Assembly: GCA_900088475.1 (NCBI GenBank)
Contig: FLMG01003040.1
Coordinates: 1-63,542, forward strand
DNA: 63,542 nt
DNA from: Hyphochytrium catenoides
Taxonomy: Eukaryota; Protista; Hyphochytriomycota
Direction: 5' to 3'
The translations under genes were made by a program, and so were the position numbers. Under the pieces are notes generated by a model. That model was not told the DNA's origin, searched no databases, and was given only the letters and a program-made list of their open reading frames with translations. Numbering within the stretch: position 1 is the stretch's first letter; each line of letters starts with the position of its first letter. Shown here one piece after another: positions 1 to 11,929 of this stretch.

Positions 1-146
1 TCAACTCTTTACTGCTTTTCTCTTTCCCTTCCGTCGTGCTCGTCTCTGTCCCCTACTTGATGGTGAAGGGCGGCGAGCGGCAACCGACGCCCAGCAGTCC
101 CTCTAACGAAGTAGAGCTGAGGTGCAAACGGTTCAAGCTCCGTCAT
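1..146 (-). CDS. Possible first exon of an unknown gene running off the window edge, divergent from PKA-R
   Basis: ATG at 146 opens MTELEPFAPQLYFVRG..., with plausible GT donors downstream. Head-to-head layout matches other gene pairs here. No homology recognised. Confidence 0.25.
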
Positions 147-544
147 CGGCCCCTGTCTTGTCTTCCTCTTCGTTGCGAGAGAGTCTGATCTGCGTTCATC
201 TTTGACCCTGAAGATTTGCAAAGAGGTAAGAGGAATGCTGTTACCTGCTGAGGCTATAATTGACTCAGTGAAAACTTTCTCTCTCTTCGTGGACTACGGT
301 TAGATCAGCTATTCATAGCTCATCCACGGGGAAGAGACACAGAGGAAAGAGTCCGGCGGCAGTTTGGGCCAGATAAAGACCTATTGATTAGACAAAGCTT
401 CCAGGTAGTTGTCAGTCCATCTTACTCTGAGTTTTGCTCTGGCTTTCCCCTTCCACCCATGGTTTCGCCTTGTATCTCATCCGTTTGTGGTGCGATGGCA
501 ACCTGACTGTAGTGCTTAACAGAGCCGAGAAAGGATCAGGAACG

Positions 545-2479
545 ATGACTGACGCAGACGCCATCCAGAAGGAGCTTCAGGTAACGACGATGCCCCTTCA
601 TTGCATCACGCCCCACCGTTAAAGGGCCATAGGTAGTTCACTAACGATGGTCGCCATGTCCTTGTGACTTCGTTTCGTCTTCCCATGATGCTCTCTGATA
701 GGACTACTTACAAACCAAGAACATCAACAACCTCTTCATCACCATCGTCGAGGCGCTGCTCCTTGAGAAGCCTGATAATCCCATCAAGTTCATCGCCAAC
801 TACCTCAAGACACACTACCCAGAACAGCTAGGCGAGACCCAGAAAGCAGAGACAACGCACTCAGCCAGTCAGCCCATAATCCAGCTGGCAGGGAACAAGG
901 ACAAGGTAGTCTCTGACACTGAGGAGAGCGACCAGGACGAGGATGAGGACGCCCTCACCGAGATGAGTGCACCTGTTACTGTTCCTGTCAACAGAGGAGC
1001 ACGAAGAGTGTCGGTCTCGGCGGAGTCTGTTGACAACACGAAGTGGGTTACCGCTCTTTCATCTTATGCTCGCATCTCTCTCTTCTCTACTGCGCGCACC
1101 TTCTTTTCAAACAGTAGCTAAACAACACTGCCCCGTCTGCCCCTGTTGCCTCATCTTCGCTTTTTTGCTAGAAGAAAGAGCTATCAGGCCGTGGTCTACC
1201 CTAAATCGGATGTGGAGAAGGAAAAGATCCGTGCCATGTTGGCTAAGAACATCCTGTTCTCCAACCTTGACGACCATCAAATCGACGTGCTTCTGAACGC
1301 ATTCCAGCCCAAGGACGCGGCAGAGGGGGAAACTATCATCAAGGAGGGAGACAACGGTGATTTCTTCTATGTGGTCGAGTCTGGTATCTGTGAGATCTAC
1401 AAAGGAGAGAAGCTGGTGCTGACGGTATGTCCAAAGTCAAGCTATCATCTATCCTACTCTCTTCGCCATCAAGAGGTCCTGAGTATCTGTGTCGGGCCCG
1501 CCATCTTGATTGCTAACTCTTCGCTTCGTGTTCATGAAGTGCCTGTCAATTGTTTGACTGTTTAAATGACGGGAAGTTGCACTTCGCAGTCCATCTTTTT
1601 GAGTTCTTGCCAACCTTATCTACCGCAGTCTTTGATCTCACAAACCGCTCTTCCCGTGCTATTTATCCCACGATTAACCCTCATAGGTCACCGAGGCAAT
1701 GTCCTTCGGTGAGCTGGCGCTCATGTACAACGCTCCACGTGCTGCCACGGTTAAGGCTAAGTCCAGTGTCAAGCTGTGGGCTCTGGACCGTCTGACCTTC
1801 AAGTTTATCTTAGTGGATACTACAATGTCCAAGAGAGATCTGCATAAGAACTTCTTGAACAAAGTGCCAATTTTAGAGTCTCTCACGGAGTATGAGAGAC
1901 TCAAAGTGGCAGATTCTCTTTCTTCGGAGAAATATACCAAGGATGCCGTGATTATCAGGCAGGGAGAGAGCGGAGAAAAGTTCTACATTATCGAGGAGGG
2001 AGAGGCTGTGTGCACGCAGATCCTTTCCGAGGGCTCTGCGCCTATTGAAGTGGGGCGTCTGGGCCCTGGCTCCTACTTTGGAGAGATTGCTCTGCTGACC
2101 AGTCGGCCCAGACAGGCAACTGTCACAGCCTTAGGCGATGTCAAGTGCCTTTCTCTAGACCGAAAGACTTTCACGGTGAGGTGGATCCCTCTTGCTCGGC
2201 CGTACGCTTAACATCTACCTTGCACCTTCGAGCCCCTCTCTCTCTCTCTCTGTCTCTTCTCGTCCTTCAATCTTTCTGCTCCGTACGCTGCTGAAGCACT
2301 GGCCGCTTCTTCTCTTTCTACTCCGTGGTTTGTATTTGGGTTTCTGAACGTGTCAAATGTGTTTGCCTTGGAAGTTAATACTAATGCTTTATTTCTTCTA
2401 GCGCGTGCTGGGCAGCTTAGAGGATGTACTGAAGCGTAACATTGAGAAGTATCAGCAAGTCGTAGCGCACAACATCTAG
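545..2479 (+). CDS. PKAR: cAMP-dependent protein kinase regulatory subunit (5 exons)
   Basis: D/D domain (DYLQTKNINNLFITIVEALLLEKPDNPIKF), inhibitor site RRVSVSAES, two cNMP-binding cassettes FGELALMYNAPRAATV and FGEIALLTSRPRQATV. GT-AG introns join the ORFs; TAG stop at 2477-2479. Confidence 0.95.
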
Positions 2480-3538
2480 AGGGCCCTAGCCTAGTCTCTT
2501 AGCTAAAGGATGAATGTCGTCTGTATGATACTCAAGCAAAAAGCACAGTTGTGTTGAGGCAGCATCAGGAAGTGGAAGGAGGGCATCGGGGGCAGGGGCC
2601 GGGGATTGAGAGACTGTCAGATCAAGACGGACAGGCAATCAGGACGTGGGACCAGAGGTCCGTAGGGTGGTGGACACGGTGGCATCCGAACAAAGGCTTG
2701 TTCAACCGGCCTTCCTTAGGTCCTACGGCAGGACAGCGAGGGTAAGGAAGAGGGAGAGAGAAAGAGATCGGTGAGTGTATCCTCTTTGTGAGATTTGAGG
2801 TTCCAATATATTTGCATGTCCTTGCAAGAGCTGTCACTTCTTACTCTTGTCGCTGGAAGTGGAGGAGAGAGGTAGCGCCTCAGGGCTCAACCAAGTCAGT
2901 CAGCACCGCGGCTCGTTCCTCCTCTTGCCCCATATCCCTTGAGTAGTTAACCTCTATGTACTCTAGATGTCCAGTGAGCCTTGCATCTACCTTCCTGGAG
3001 TCTTCGTTGCTGGGGTTGGAGCGACCTTCAGCGTCCTTGTACAGCCGCTTCTCTCCACTGCCATCGTACATCCTACGACTACTCTGCGCCGCGTTGCTCT
3101 CATTCCTTTGGTCAGATGAAGTTGAAGCAAAGTGGGAATCAAGAAGGAGAAGACAGAGTGCTTCCCCACTCTTTCAAACATATGGGTACTATACGATGGC
3201 GAGGTATAGTAGTAGGCAATAACTACGCATGATTTATATTACTACGCCTCTAGTCATGATACTGTGGTAGGGAGAGATATCATCCCTGTGTCTTTTGCTT
3301 GATACTGCGCTGATGAGAAGTCAGAACCAGCGACATTGGTGCCGATAGCAGGCCGCGAGGCGATGAGAGAGGGTGAGGATGACAGAAGAGCAACGTCCGC
3401 CTCCTGGAGCGCAGGACGAGCCCTATGATAATGATAGTGGCCACTGCCTCGATGACGTTTGAAACCGTGCCAAGGGTGCCTCTCGAAGTATAGGTAGGAA
3501 GGATTCGGTTAGCTCAGTAGTCTGGACATAGCGAAAAT

Positions 3539-5624
3539 ATGGATGGAGCTAGCGCCGCAGAGCTTACGCCTCTGACGGCTGCGATGAAGATCTTCAGTAG
3601 TAGCACGTACAATGAGAGACTGGAGATCAGACCTGGCAGGCATATTCAGGTCCTACGCCTGACAGCAGCCCAGTACCGGGCATCATTTACGGAGGAAGTC
3701 GGGAAGAACTCTGAGGAGCCTGAAGAAGACGAGGATACTAGTACCGCCATCTTCTTTTACCATGGTTCCATGGCAACTATGGCCGACTATGGTCTTCTCA
3801 TGCGCTCTCTCTGCTTTGGGGCGGCTTCCCAGACGGAGCTAGAGAAGCCAGAGACAACAGGAGAAGCTCAGGAAGGGTCAAAAGAAGAGGGAAAGCAAGG
3901 GGCTACAAAGGAAATCCTGCTACATACGGATAGAGAAGGGGAAATGGCTCTTAATGATGACGTTCTGCTAGTCAGCTATGATGCTCTAGGCTGCGGAATG
4001 AGCGCGAAGCCTGAAGACCACGCTGCCTATTCTACCGAGGAGCTCTATGAGGATGCGCTAGCAGTATTTAGGCGGTTCAAGTGCAAGAAGAACCTGCTGG
4101 TGGGCCACAGCTTCGGCAGCAGTCTGGTCCTGAGACTTGCAGGTTGACTATCTCTCTATTCTCAAAAGACGGCACGTGGCTGTGTTTTCATTCAGCTTGT
4201 CCCACTTCTCGTTTCCATAAGCTCTGAGAGTTGCTCCTTCCGCTTTGTATCTCAGCCTGTGGAAATACTCCCCACTTCGTCCTTTTCTACTTCGCCTCGG
4301 TCCTTATGTTCTCTCTTCTTGCCCTCTGACTCCTCTCATTGTTATTCGAGTTTCACTCTGGCGCTCTCTCACATATGGACGATCGATCCAAGTTATTCTC
4401 CTCTCCGATCCATCTTTAAGGGCAAAACCTGACCTTTAGCTTTGGTCGTTGGCCTAGTGGATGTGGTCGGTCGTGTTGCTCGCACTCTCTCTTAGTTCTA
4501 TTCACTCGCATCGCTTCCAGACATCTCTTCTTTGCATAATAGTTTAACCAGAAGTATCTTACCATTTCCTTCCAGCCGCTTTGGATGCTAAACAAGAGGG
4601 TATTCTGGGCGTTATCCTGATCGGAACCACTCTTGGAGGCAGCTCTAGGAATGTTATGCGACAGCTTCTATTCTCTCTTCCGGTCTTCGTGCTCAGATGG
4701 CTGCAGGATGGACTTACAAGGTGAGACGGCTTCACAAGGGGACAAGTACCGAGGATTCCTGGAAGAAGTCCAAGGGCAAAGAGGCAGGTGGTTCTGCAAA
4801 TGCAGTATAGCCAATATGAGGCACATGTCGTGGGTTAAGGCCACTGAGTTCTTAAGGAGTCTACACCTTGGCTAGTTGTCTCTCTCATTTCAGCATCGTA
4901 TTGCCTGACCTTCCTTGATGCTTCTTGCCTAACTACTATTATTGTGGGGCCTTGTTCTTGTCAGACAATTCCTGGCGGCAGGCGTCCATCCCTCAGCGTC
5001 AGAAGAACTCAAGTCTTGGGTGACAGAGAAGTGCAATGCCAATGACATGGCCGTATGTAAAGCATTCTACAGGTAGAATAAGCAAGTGTGACTAAGAAAC
5101 GAGGCGGTGTTGTTAGCGAGAGGAGGACAGAGAGTGTGAAAGGCCGAGAGGGTTGATGCGACGGGGTTGAAGCTTCGATCAATACTTTCTCTACTTCGAC
5201 AAGATCTTGGGATGCTCTGGGACATCTTTGGTAGGGAGGCTCTAGTGCACCTAGCATCTACTCTGCTTCCTGAACTGCTTACCACTAGCCTTACCGAGTG
5301 GGCAAGCGCTGCCAAATGACATCATTAACTGAAATAGCAAGGCCAGTAGCGGCTTAGAAGCTCACTGGTGCTTGAAATGCCCTCAGGCAATTGAAGTGGA
5401 TAGACATCACCATGCTTTCTACCATCGGAACCGAAGTGCTTATCATCCAAGGCGATGAAGATCAGCTCACTCCTCTGCCTGGTGCTCAAGCCCTCAACGA
5501 AGAGCTGAAGAAGGTAACCGTCTCTACTCTGGCGGAGGTCAAGGAAGCCGGACACATGGTGCAATTGGAGAAACCGGACGACGTAGCTCAGATTATAAAG
5601 AAGTTCTTCTTTAGGAAGAACTAA
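3539..5624 (+). CDS. Alpha/beta-hydrolase (ABHD8-like; 4 exons)
   Basis: FYHGS oxyanion motif, YDALGCGMS, nucleophile elbow GHSFG, acid GDEDQLTP and His motif AGHMVQLEKP. Exons at ~4576-4720 and ~4965-5071 splice in via GT-AG. Confidence 0.88.
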
Positions 5625-6021
5625 CCAAAGCGTTATCAAGCTTATAGCCCTTGACTCTAAAAACATGCGGCTTCCTTCGGGAGGGATAGCCTCAAGGGGG
5701 TATGATTTTTCAGACGATAGGTAGTAAGGCTGCCGGATTGCATATGAAGACAAAGCCACGTGAAAAGACATGTCGCAAATCTCTTCTCCAAGGATGAAGA
5801 GTGTGTGTGAGTTCATCTCTGGGTGGCAAGAGAAGAGTGCCTGAGCGGCAGTGCACCACGACAACTGCGTCCCCTTCTTTATATGCAGGACGCTGAAATG
5901 AGAGGGAAGGATTAGCATAGACTCCTCTTCATAGAGGCAAGAAGAATCAGGGCCTATGGCTATATCTGAGCCAGGGCAAGGAAATGAAAGAGCCATGCTC
6001 CTATTTACTTTTCTCTTTTAA

Positions 6022-8115
6022 TCAGGTTTTGAGCTCTTCACTCTCCTTGCTTTCCTTCTGCTCCAGTACCTCAATGACGTAGCTGTCATTGGTGTAGACA
6101 CAGATATCACTTGCGATCCTCATTGATCTCTTGGCAATTTCAAGAGCATCCAGCTCTGGGACTGTCATTAAAGCTCTAGCCGCAGCTGCCAATGCAAGCG
6201 TTTCCGGGAGGTTCAGGAGAGGGAAGGGTATGCTAGTTAGAATGTCGCAGAGCCAAAGAGTGCTCGACACGCGAGATGTCGAGAATGCAACGGAAGCCAG
6301 CAGCAATGGATCCAAGAGGCAGAAAGTCCTGAAGGAAAGGAAATACATTCTACCTACATATCGCGTACGTCCCTCCAGATCCTATGCCTAAGGTGTCACC
6401 CAGGAGATGCAAGGTCTTAGTAAGATATGAGTAATGTTGCAAGAGAAAGGAGAGAACTGAGCACTAGGTTGCATATAAAGGAGAGTTTGTTAGACACGAG
6501 CACAAAGCTGAACAAGACGAGCAGCGAGAGATGAGGCATCTCCACGAAGGGCTGCCCAAGGCGCGTTGATAAGCAGAGTTGCCAGCATTGAAGGATGTAA
6601 AGTTTAGCCTCGCTCTTCTCACCAATAATCCCATCATGTGGCTCGATCACGTCTCCTAAGCCACTTATAGTGAATGCATGATTTCGGTCAGCCACGATGA
6701 TCATCGCCTGAGATGCACACAAGTTAGCCTTAGAACACACAGGTGATCCGCGGCTTCTTCATCTTCGACCCATAGGATCCCCTAACTGTTGTTTCCTTCA
6801 GCCATTCTCCAGTTCCATATGCCACTACGCCACCTTTCTATTCTTGACCCCTATATGTCCTCCCAGCGCTAGTACAAAGTAAGGCTTACCTCCAGCCTGC
6901 GAAGAAATTTATCCGACCGCCAAGCCTTCGCTAGCTCCACACATGCCCGAGGGAGCTGACCTACACAGAATTGGACGGAGTAAGACAACATGGATTACGT
7001 ATTGAGCTATGTGAACGAAGGACGAGCAAGCGGGAAGACAGCCAGAGGGAAGCCAGAACGATAAGAGAGGATGTGAGGCCAGCGAGAGAAAGAGAGAGGG
7101 AAAGGAGAGAAAGGGACAGAGAAAAGGGTAGACAAGAAAGAGGAAAGGATAGACAAGCAAGCGAAAAGGAAAAGAGAATCTGAGCCGGCCACTTCTGAGC
7201 ACGAAGAGCGTTCGAACGTCTCTCATGACTATGCAGCTTCCCCAACCTGGATATGCTTCTAGCTTAGCCTCTAGCCTTTCCATAAGGGTGTACGCATCGG
7301 CTGTAGATCCTGCAAAGCCTGCCACGATATCTTCACCAATCTTCCGAACTTTTTTTGCATTCGGCTTCACTACCGTTGAGCCCAGAGAGACTTGGCCATC
7401 TCCAATCAGTGCCTGAAATGTAGGAAGAGATATATAAGCTGGACTCTGGAGTGGGGCTGAGTCAATAACAAGCCATCAGGGAAGTCTCAGACATATGAGG
7501 TCTTGGTCAGCGTAGGGAAGCAGGGCAGAAGAAGGGCGAGAGAGACCGTGGAGAGGAGACAGAATGGACGCACTGGGATGTAGCAAGAGGATGCTAGGAG
7601 AAGAAAAGCAGAACAGCGCGTTCAATAGAGAGAGAGAGCGACTTACCACCTTACCATCCTTCTTAACGCACAGAATGGTGGTGCCGTACATCACGGGCTG
7701 GGAGAGATAAATAGGATGAAAAGAGCAGCGATTAGCCCCAACAACGAAGGAGAAGCACTAGGTCTCCGCACAGCCAACTCAACGCAAGGAGAATCGGAGC
7801 CTTAGAACAGCCAAGAGGTAGCACTCGCTGATCCCAAAGCATTGCAGAGAGAGACCGCGGTGGTCCAGATAAAACAGGATGAGGGACAGGACTCTCTCCA
7901 GAGCAGGTCCGAGGAACACGTGCTGCCTAGAGGCTGAGGAGTGCATAATAACCTACCGGCCCCGCTCCGTGAAGCATCTCTGGGCGGTATCTAAGGCCAT
8001 CATGTCCTTCTCCACTTCCCCAAGGTCCCGCGTAGTAGCTCTGCACTGGCTGCGCAGGTACCAATCGCCTGCTCACAGTGGTCCTGGAAGCTCGAAGAAC
8101 TCTAGTCGCTAACAT
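6022..8115 (-). CDS. hslV: Mitochondrial ATP-dependent protease subunit HslV (ClpQ), multi-exon
   Basis: Arg/Ser-rich presequence [17 protein letters not shown]; mature N-terminus G|TTILCV; [58 protein letters not shown]. Confidence 0.95.
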
Positions 8116-8364
8116 TGTCAGATTCGCGTCTAATGGCTATCTTCTCCTGCGTCTCCTTCCGTTGGCCTGGCTATCAGAGGAATCTCTGCTGCGCGTTCTT
8201 TCAGACTCTCAAAGGCAGTGACGGAACAAGAGCAAGGAGCGTTATTGGGCGGAAAGGATGAGGGTTGCTGGCAGAGCTTTCGAAGTCATGACATGGGAAC
8301 ATCGAAAGCGGAAGAAGGCACCCGAGGAAATGCGAAGGAAGAGTGTGGAAGAGAAAGAGTGACG

Positions 8365-8524
8365 AAGACAGAGGGAGAGAGAGGGAGATAGATAGATGAG
8401 GTAGAGAGAGAGAGAGAGAGAGGAAGAGTGAGAGAGAGAGCGACAGCGAAAATGTGCGAGAGAGAGAGAGAGACAGACAGATAGAGAGAGCGAGAGAGGG
8501 AGAGATAAATAGGTAGACAGATAG

Positions 8525-8558
<34 letters not shown>

Positions 8559-8645
8559 ANNNNNNNNNNNNNNNNNNNNNNNNNNNNNNNNNNNNNNNNN
8601 NNNNNNNNNNNNNNNNNNNNNNNNNNNNNNGAGAGAGAGAGAGAG
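8365..8645. repeat. (GA)n/(GATA)n microsatellite with assembly gap
   Basis: Visible GA and GATA runs flanking an N run at 8560-8630. Confidence 0.9.
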
Positions 8646-9490
8646 GACCTTGCTAGGAACTAGATGGATTCGGTGGAGACAGATATCACCACCTACTTGT
8701 AGATGGAGACAGCACCTCACACCTGGGGTAGATCTGGCTGCTCCAATTGAAGACAAATCTGCGAACATCCTCACAGCGTCCATCAGCAGCCGTGCGCCAG
8801 CAGCGGGCACCTTCCTCGTAGTAGAGAATGGGCGCCCATGGCCTCGCTTGAACGGGAGGGTTTGGTCTCCGCTGGTGATAGCATTGTGCATGCTCTGGGA
8901 CCATTGTTGGCCTTTACATGCAGGAATGGACGTATTTGTTCGCATTGCAGATTGGCTGACGCTGGTCCAAGGACCTTCCCTTCTCTTCTGACGACCAGGA
9001 TTCCTTTGTGGCTGCTTCTACTTAGTAAGAAGCTACATTCACTCTTGGCAGCTAATTTACTGCTAAGAATGCTCATGCACACTATTCTTTTTTCTTAATC
9101 TGAACCTCTTCTAAGACCAAACGACTTGCCGATCATCTTTTATCTCACTGGCTGTGCTCCATCCTAGTGGAGCCCGAGAAATTCCTCGTTAGAACTAACA
9201 ATCTCAAGTGAGTCAGCTGACTATAGGATAGAGAATTTCTTGGAGAAGTCAGGAAAAGGAGAGAACCATGGGAAGGCACAGCACATTGTGTCTTTAGGAA
9301 CCTTACGATCCTGTTCCTGTTGTTTAGCGCCCTACCCACCGCTAGATAAGTACTGATACCTACGTGCCTACACTGTGCCTGAGGAGCAAGGGGTCACCAA
9401 CTCTCCTATTTATGGTCCTGAGCGTAGGATTAAATATAAGCGACTATCTCTGTCTTTACACGGCTTGGAATCGTTTAGCTGCTGCTTTTG

Positions 9491-11929
9491 TCAGCCTATC
9501 TCTTCATCGTCCGGTTGACTTGAACTCGGCTCCCCTCCGTCAGCCAACTGCGTCTGCTCGTTACCTTCCTCATACCACCATGGCTGCACTCGCTGCTTCA
9601 AAGCTAGGAGGCGATCTATAGGAGCAAATGACACTGGTGCAAGAAGAGAAGGAGGAACTTTGCCCTCAGAAAAGAACGTGTCATAGGCAGAAGATAGCTG
9701 ACCAGGAAACTCGTCAAGCCCTCGATGCATGTCCCATAGAAAGTGACTCTCATCAGGCAATAGAAGTCCTGCTTTGGCTGCCACTGTCTCTATCAAAGCC
9801 TTGAACTCTCTGGCTTCGTCTGTCTTCTCCTTGCTCGCCTTGGGCCCAGAAAGCTTTGTCTTTCTAAGATAAAGGCCGAGCTCTCTCTCTACTTGCTCCT
9901 TTGAGGGTGCCCACTCTAGCGTCCAAAGATCTCTTATGCCCTCGACGTCTTCTTCCAGGAGAAGCCCCAGAGTCACCATAAAGAGCCAGGGGAGAGACTC
10001 GAGCTGGGTAGCGAAACGAGGAGAATACTTCCCCCCTCGATAGTCCCGAACGACCATACGACAGATAAAGTTGACAATGTCGAACCTCCGCCCGCGGCCG
10101 GCTTCTACCAGCACCTCGTCGAACAGACAAACGCTTTGGAGGTATGTTTTCCGGTCTGCGATGACTGATGCGTCCACGCAGAGCTGAAATGCATCGTCTG
10201 GACGCCCTTGACTGAAGAAGAGGCGAGCCAGGGACCGCAGAAGCTCTTCATTCATTTGCAGAAGGACCCAAGGATAGTCCGACAAGAGAAGGGTAAACTC
10301 TTTGTCTGCCACCTGAATGCACTTCCCAACCAGCTGCTCAAGGACAACCACATAATTGGAAAGGTTCCCTCCGACTGCAGTCTTTGTTACTTCCGGCAAA
10401 TACATCGTGCCTTCTCTTTCCAAAATAGGGTCCATCTTGTCACTGCCTCCCTTCAGAGGCCGTTGTTCAGTCATTTTCCCATACCAATGGTCCCTCTGGC
10501 TTGAAAGTATCTCTACCATTCGAAGTCCATGACGTTTGGCCATCACTAGGCAGTCTGCTCTTAGAAAGAGAGCCAGCAAGGCTGCTTCAGCGTCCAGGCA
10601 AGTCTCTTCCTTTACGGTCAGCTTCGCTAGCAAACGACGAAGCTGCTCTTCTGAGGCCTTGACTTGGTGCACGTCCATTAACCCCAAAATCGACCACTGA
10701 ACAAGCATCTGTAGGAGCAGCGTTTGGCCTCCAGAGACTCCAGTGACCATATCCAAGAAGCGGAGAAGCCCTTCCGTATGGTTGACAGCAGCAAAGCACT
10801 CGAAGAAAACAACGACCGTATCAGTGTCAGAAAGGAGGCCATTCCTCTTCTTCTGTCCCATTTCTTCAAAGAGTCTGAAGACTTCTTTCACTGCATTCGG
10901 CTTCGTTCCTGCTTCAGCTATGATGATAGGGCACAGCACATTTGCGTACGCAGCCGCCGTCTTCGGAAAGCCAAAGCGCTCAAAAGAGTCAAAGACTTTC
11001 CTTGCTATCGTCACCCGCTCCTTTCCTTTCAAAAGCCTTCTTCGAAAAGCTCTCCCTCTCCNNNNNNNNNNNNNNNNNNNNNNNNNNNNNNNNNNNNNNN
11101 NNNCGGTGAGAGGGTGAACATAATCCTGATCCTGTAGGTAGGTAGAGGAATGTAAGCGGATGAGTTCCTCAATGACAGTCGCCTCTAGCTTCACACCGCA
11201 TCTCTTTAGCCTTTCTATGGGCTCCACGAGCAAGTCCCTTCGCTCTGTCTCATTCTCTGGGACCAGCTTTGTGTAGGAGAGAAGATACATGGCGGCGCCT
11301 ACAGGTGGTACTGGATATCCAAGCACACTAATCTGCTCGATGAGGTCTCTGCCCACAGAAAAGATGGCCTCCCTATTATTCCCAGAGGTCACTTCTTGCT
11401 TGAAAGTGTCCTCTAAGAAGGTTGTCAGAACGATACGGAAGACCTTATCATAGAGGTTGCCCTCCGCCGCAGCTTCAAAGTCTTTGTCTGATTGCCGCTC
11501 TACGTCCCTGCGGTAGGCATCTTGCAGAGCTTTGATCGCGTAAAGTTTGGAGTTTATCGTAGAACTGCTGCCATTGAGCTGGGTTGAGACACGCTTCAAA
11601 AAGGTCTCATCGGAGACATTCTCTTCAGTCGGCTGACTGGCGGGAATGTCATCAAGAAGTCCATATGGGATTTGGGGTACCTCTGGTGTCTCCGTAACTT
11701 CCACGTTAAACTCATTCAGTACGTTAAAGGCAGGATTTTTGCTCTGGAATTGGGAACCAGTAAGCTTCCTGTCGCTAAAAGGAGCAGCTGAGCCTATGGA
11801 GTCAGCCTTGGGGCCCAGCCTCCTGCTGATCCTCTGGTCCCGGCTGAGACAGGACTCTCTTCCGCCCTTTGAAAGCCCAGACGTAACCGGCAAACATCGG
11901 CAGCCGATGAGTGGCCTCAACCGCTTCAT
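9491..11929 (-). CDS. Intronless ~812-aa helical-repeat (PPR-like) protein, probably mitochondrial
   Basis: Long ORF that stays in frame across the N gap; basic N-terminal presequence (MKRLRPLIGCR...); PPR-like segments KVFDSFERFGFPKTAAAYANVL...VFRLFEEM and LARLFFSQGRPDDAFQL. Confidence 0.65.
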   Translation of the reverse strand: MKRLRPLIGCRCLPVTSGLSKGGRESCLSRDQRISRRLGPKADSIGSAAPFSDRKLTGSQFQSKNPAFNVLNEFNVEVTETPEVPQIPYGLLDDIPASQPTEENVSDETFLKRVSTQLNGSSSTINSKLYAIKALQDAYRRDVERQSDKDFEAAAEGNLYDKVFRIVLTTFLEDTFKQEVTSGNNREAIFSVGRDLIEQISVLGYPVPPVGAAMYLLSYTKLVPENETERRDLLVEPIERLKRCGVKLEATVIEELIRLHSSTYLQDQDYVHPLTXXXXXXXXXXXXXXXRGRAFRRRLLKGKERVTIARKVFDSFERFGFPKTAAAYANVLCPIIIAEAGTKPNAVKEVFRLFEEMGQKKRNGLLSDTDTVVVFFECFAAVNHTEGLLRFLDMVTGVSGGQTLLLQMLVQWSILGLMDVHQVKASEEQLRRLLAKLTVKEETCLDAEAALLALFLRADCLVMAKRHGLRMVEILSSQRDHWYGKMTEQRPLKGGSDKMDPILEREGTMYLPEVTKTAVGGNLSNYVVVLEQLVGKCIQVADKEFTLLLSDYPWVLLQMNEELLRSLARLFFSQGRPDDAFQLCVDASVIADRKTYLQSVCLFDEVLVEAGRGRRFDIVNFICRMVVRDYRGGKYSPRFATQLESLPWLFMVTLGLLLEEDVEGIRDLWTLEWAPSKEQVERELGLYLRKTKLSGPKASKEKTDEAREFKALIETVAAKAGLLLPDESHFLWDMHRGLDEFPGQLSSAYDTFFSEGKVPPSLLAPVSFAPIDRLLALKQRVQPWWYEEGNEQTQLADGGEPSSSQPDDEEIG

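Noticed and set aside
3505-3560. TAGCTCAGT tRNA A-box-like sequence
   Set aside because: No T-arm/B-box or cloverleaf follows; it runs into the hydrolase start codon.
5325-5996. 223-aa minus-strand ORF
   Set aside because: Antisense to the last hydrolase exon; no recognisable motifs.
8700-8900. LINE RT-like words on the minus strand (GRPFST, LLMDAV, MFAD)
   Set aside because: Motif spacing is too short and the second catalytic Asp is missing; likely chance or unrecognisably decayed.
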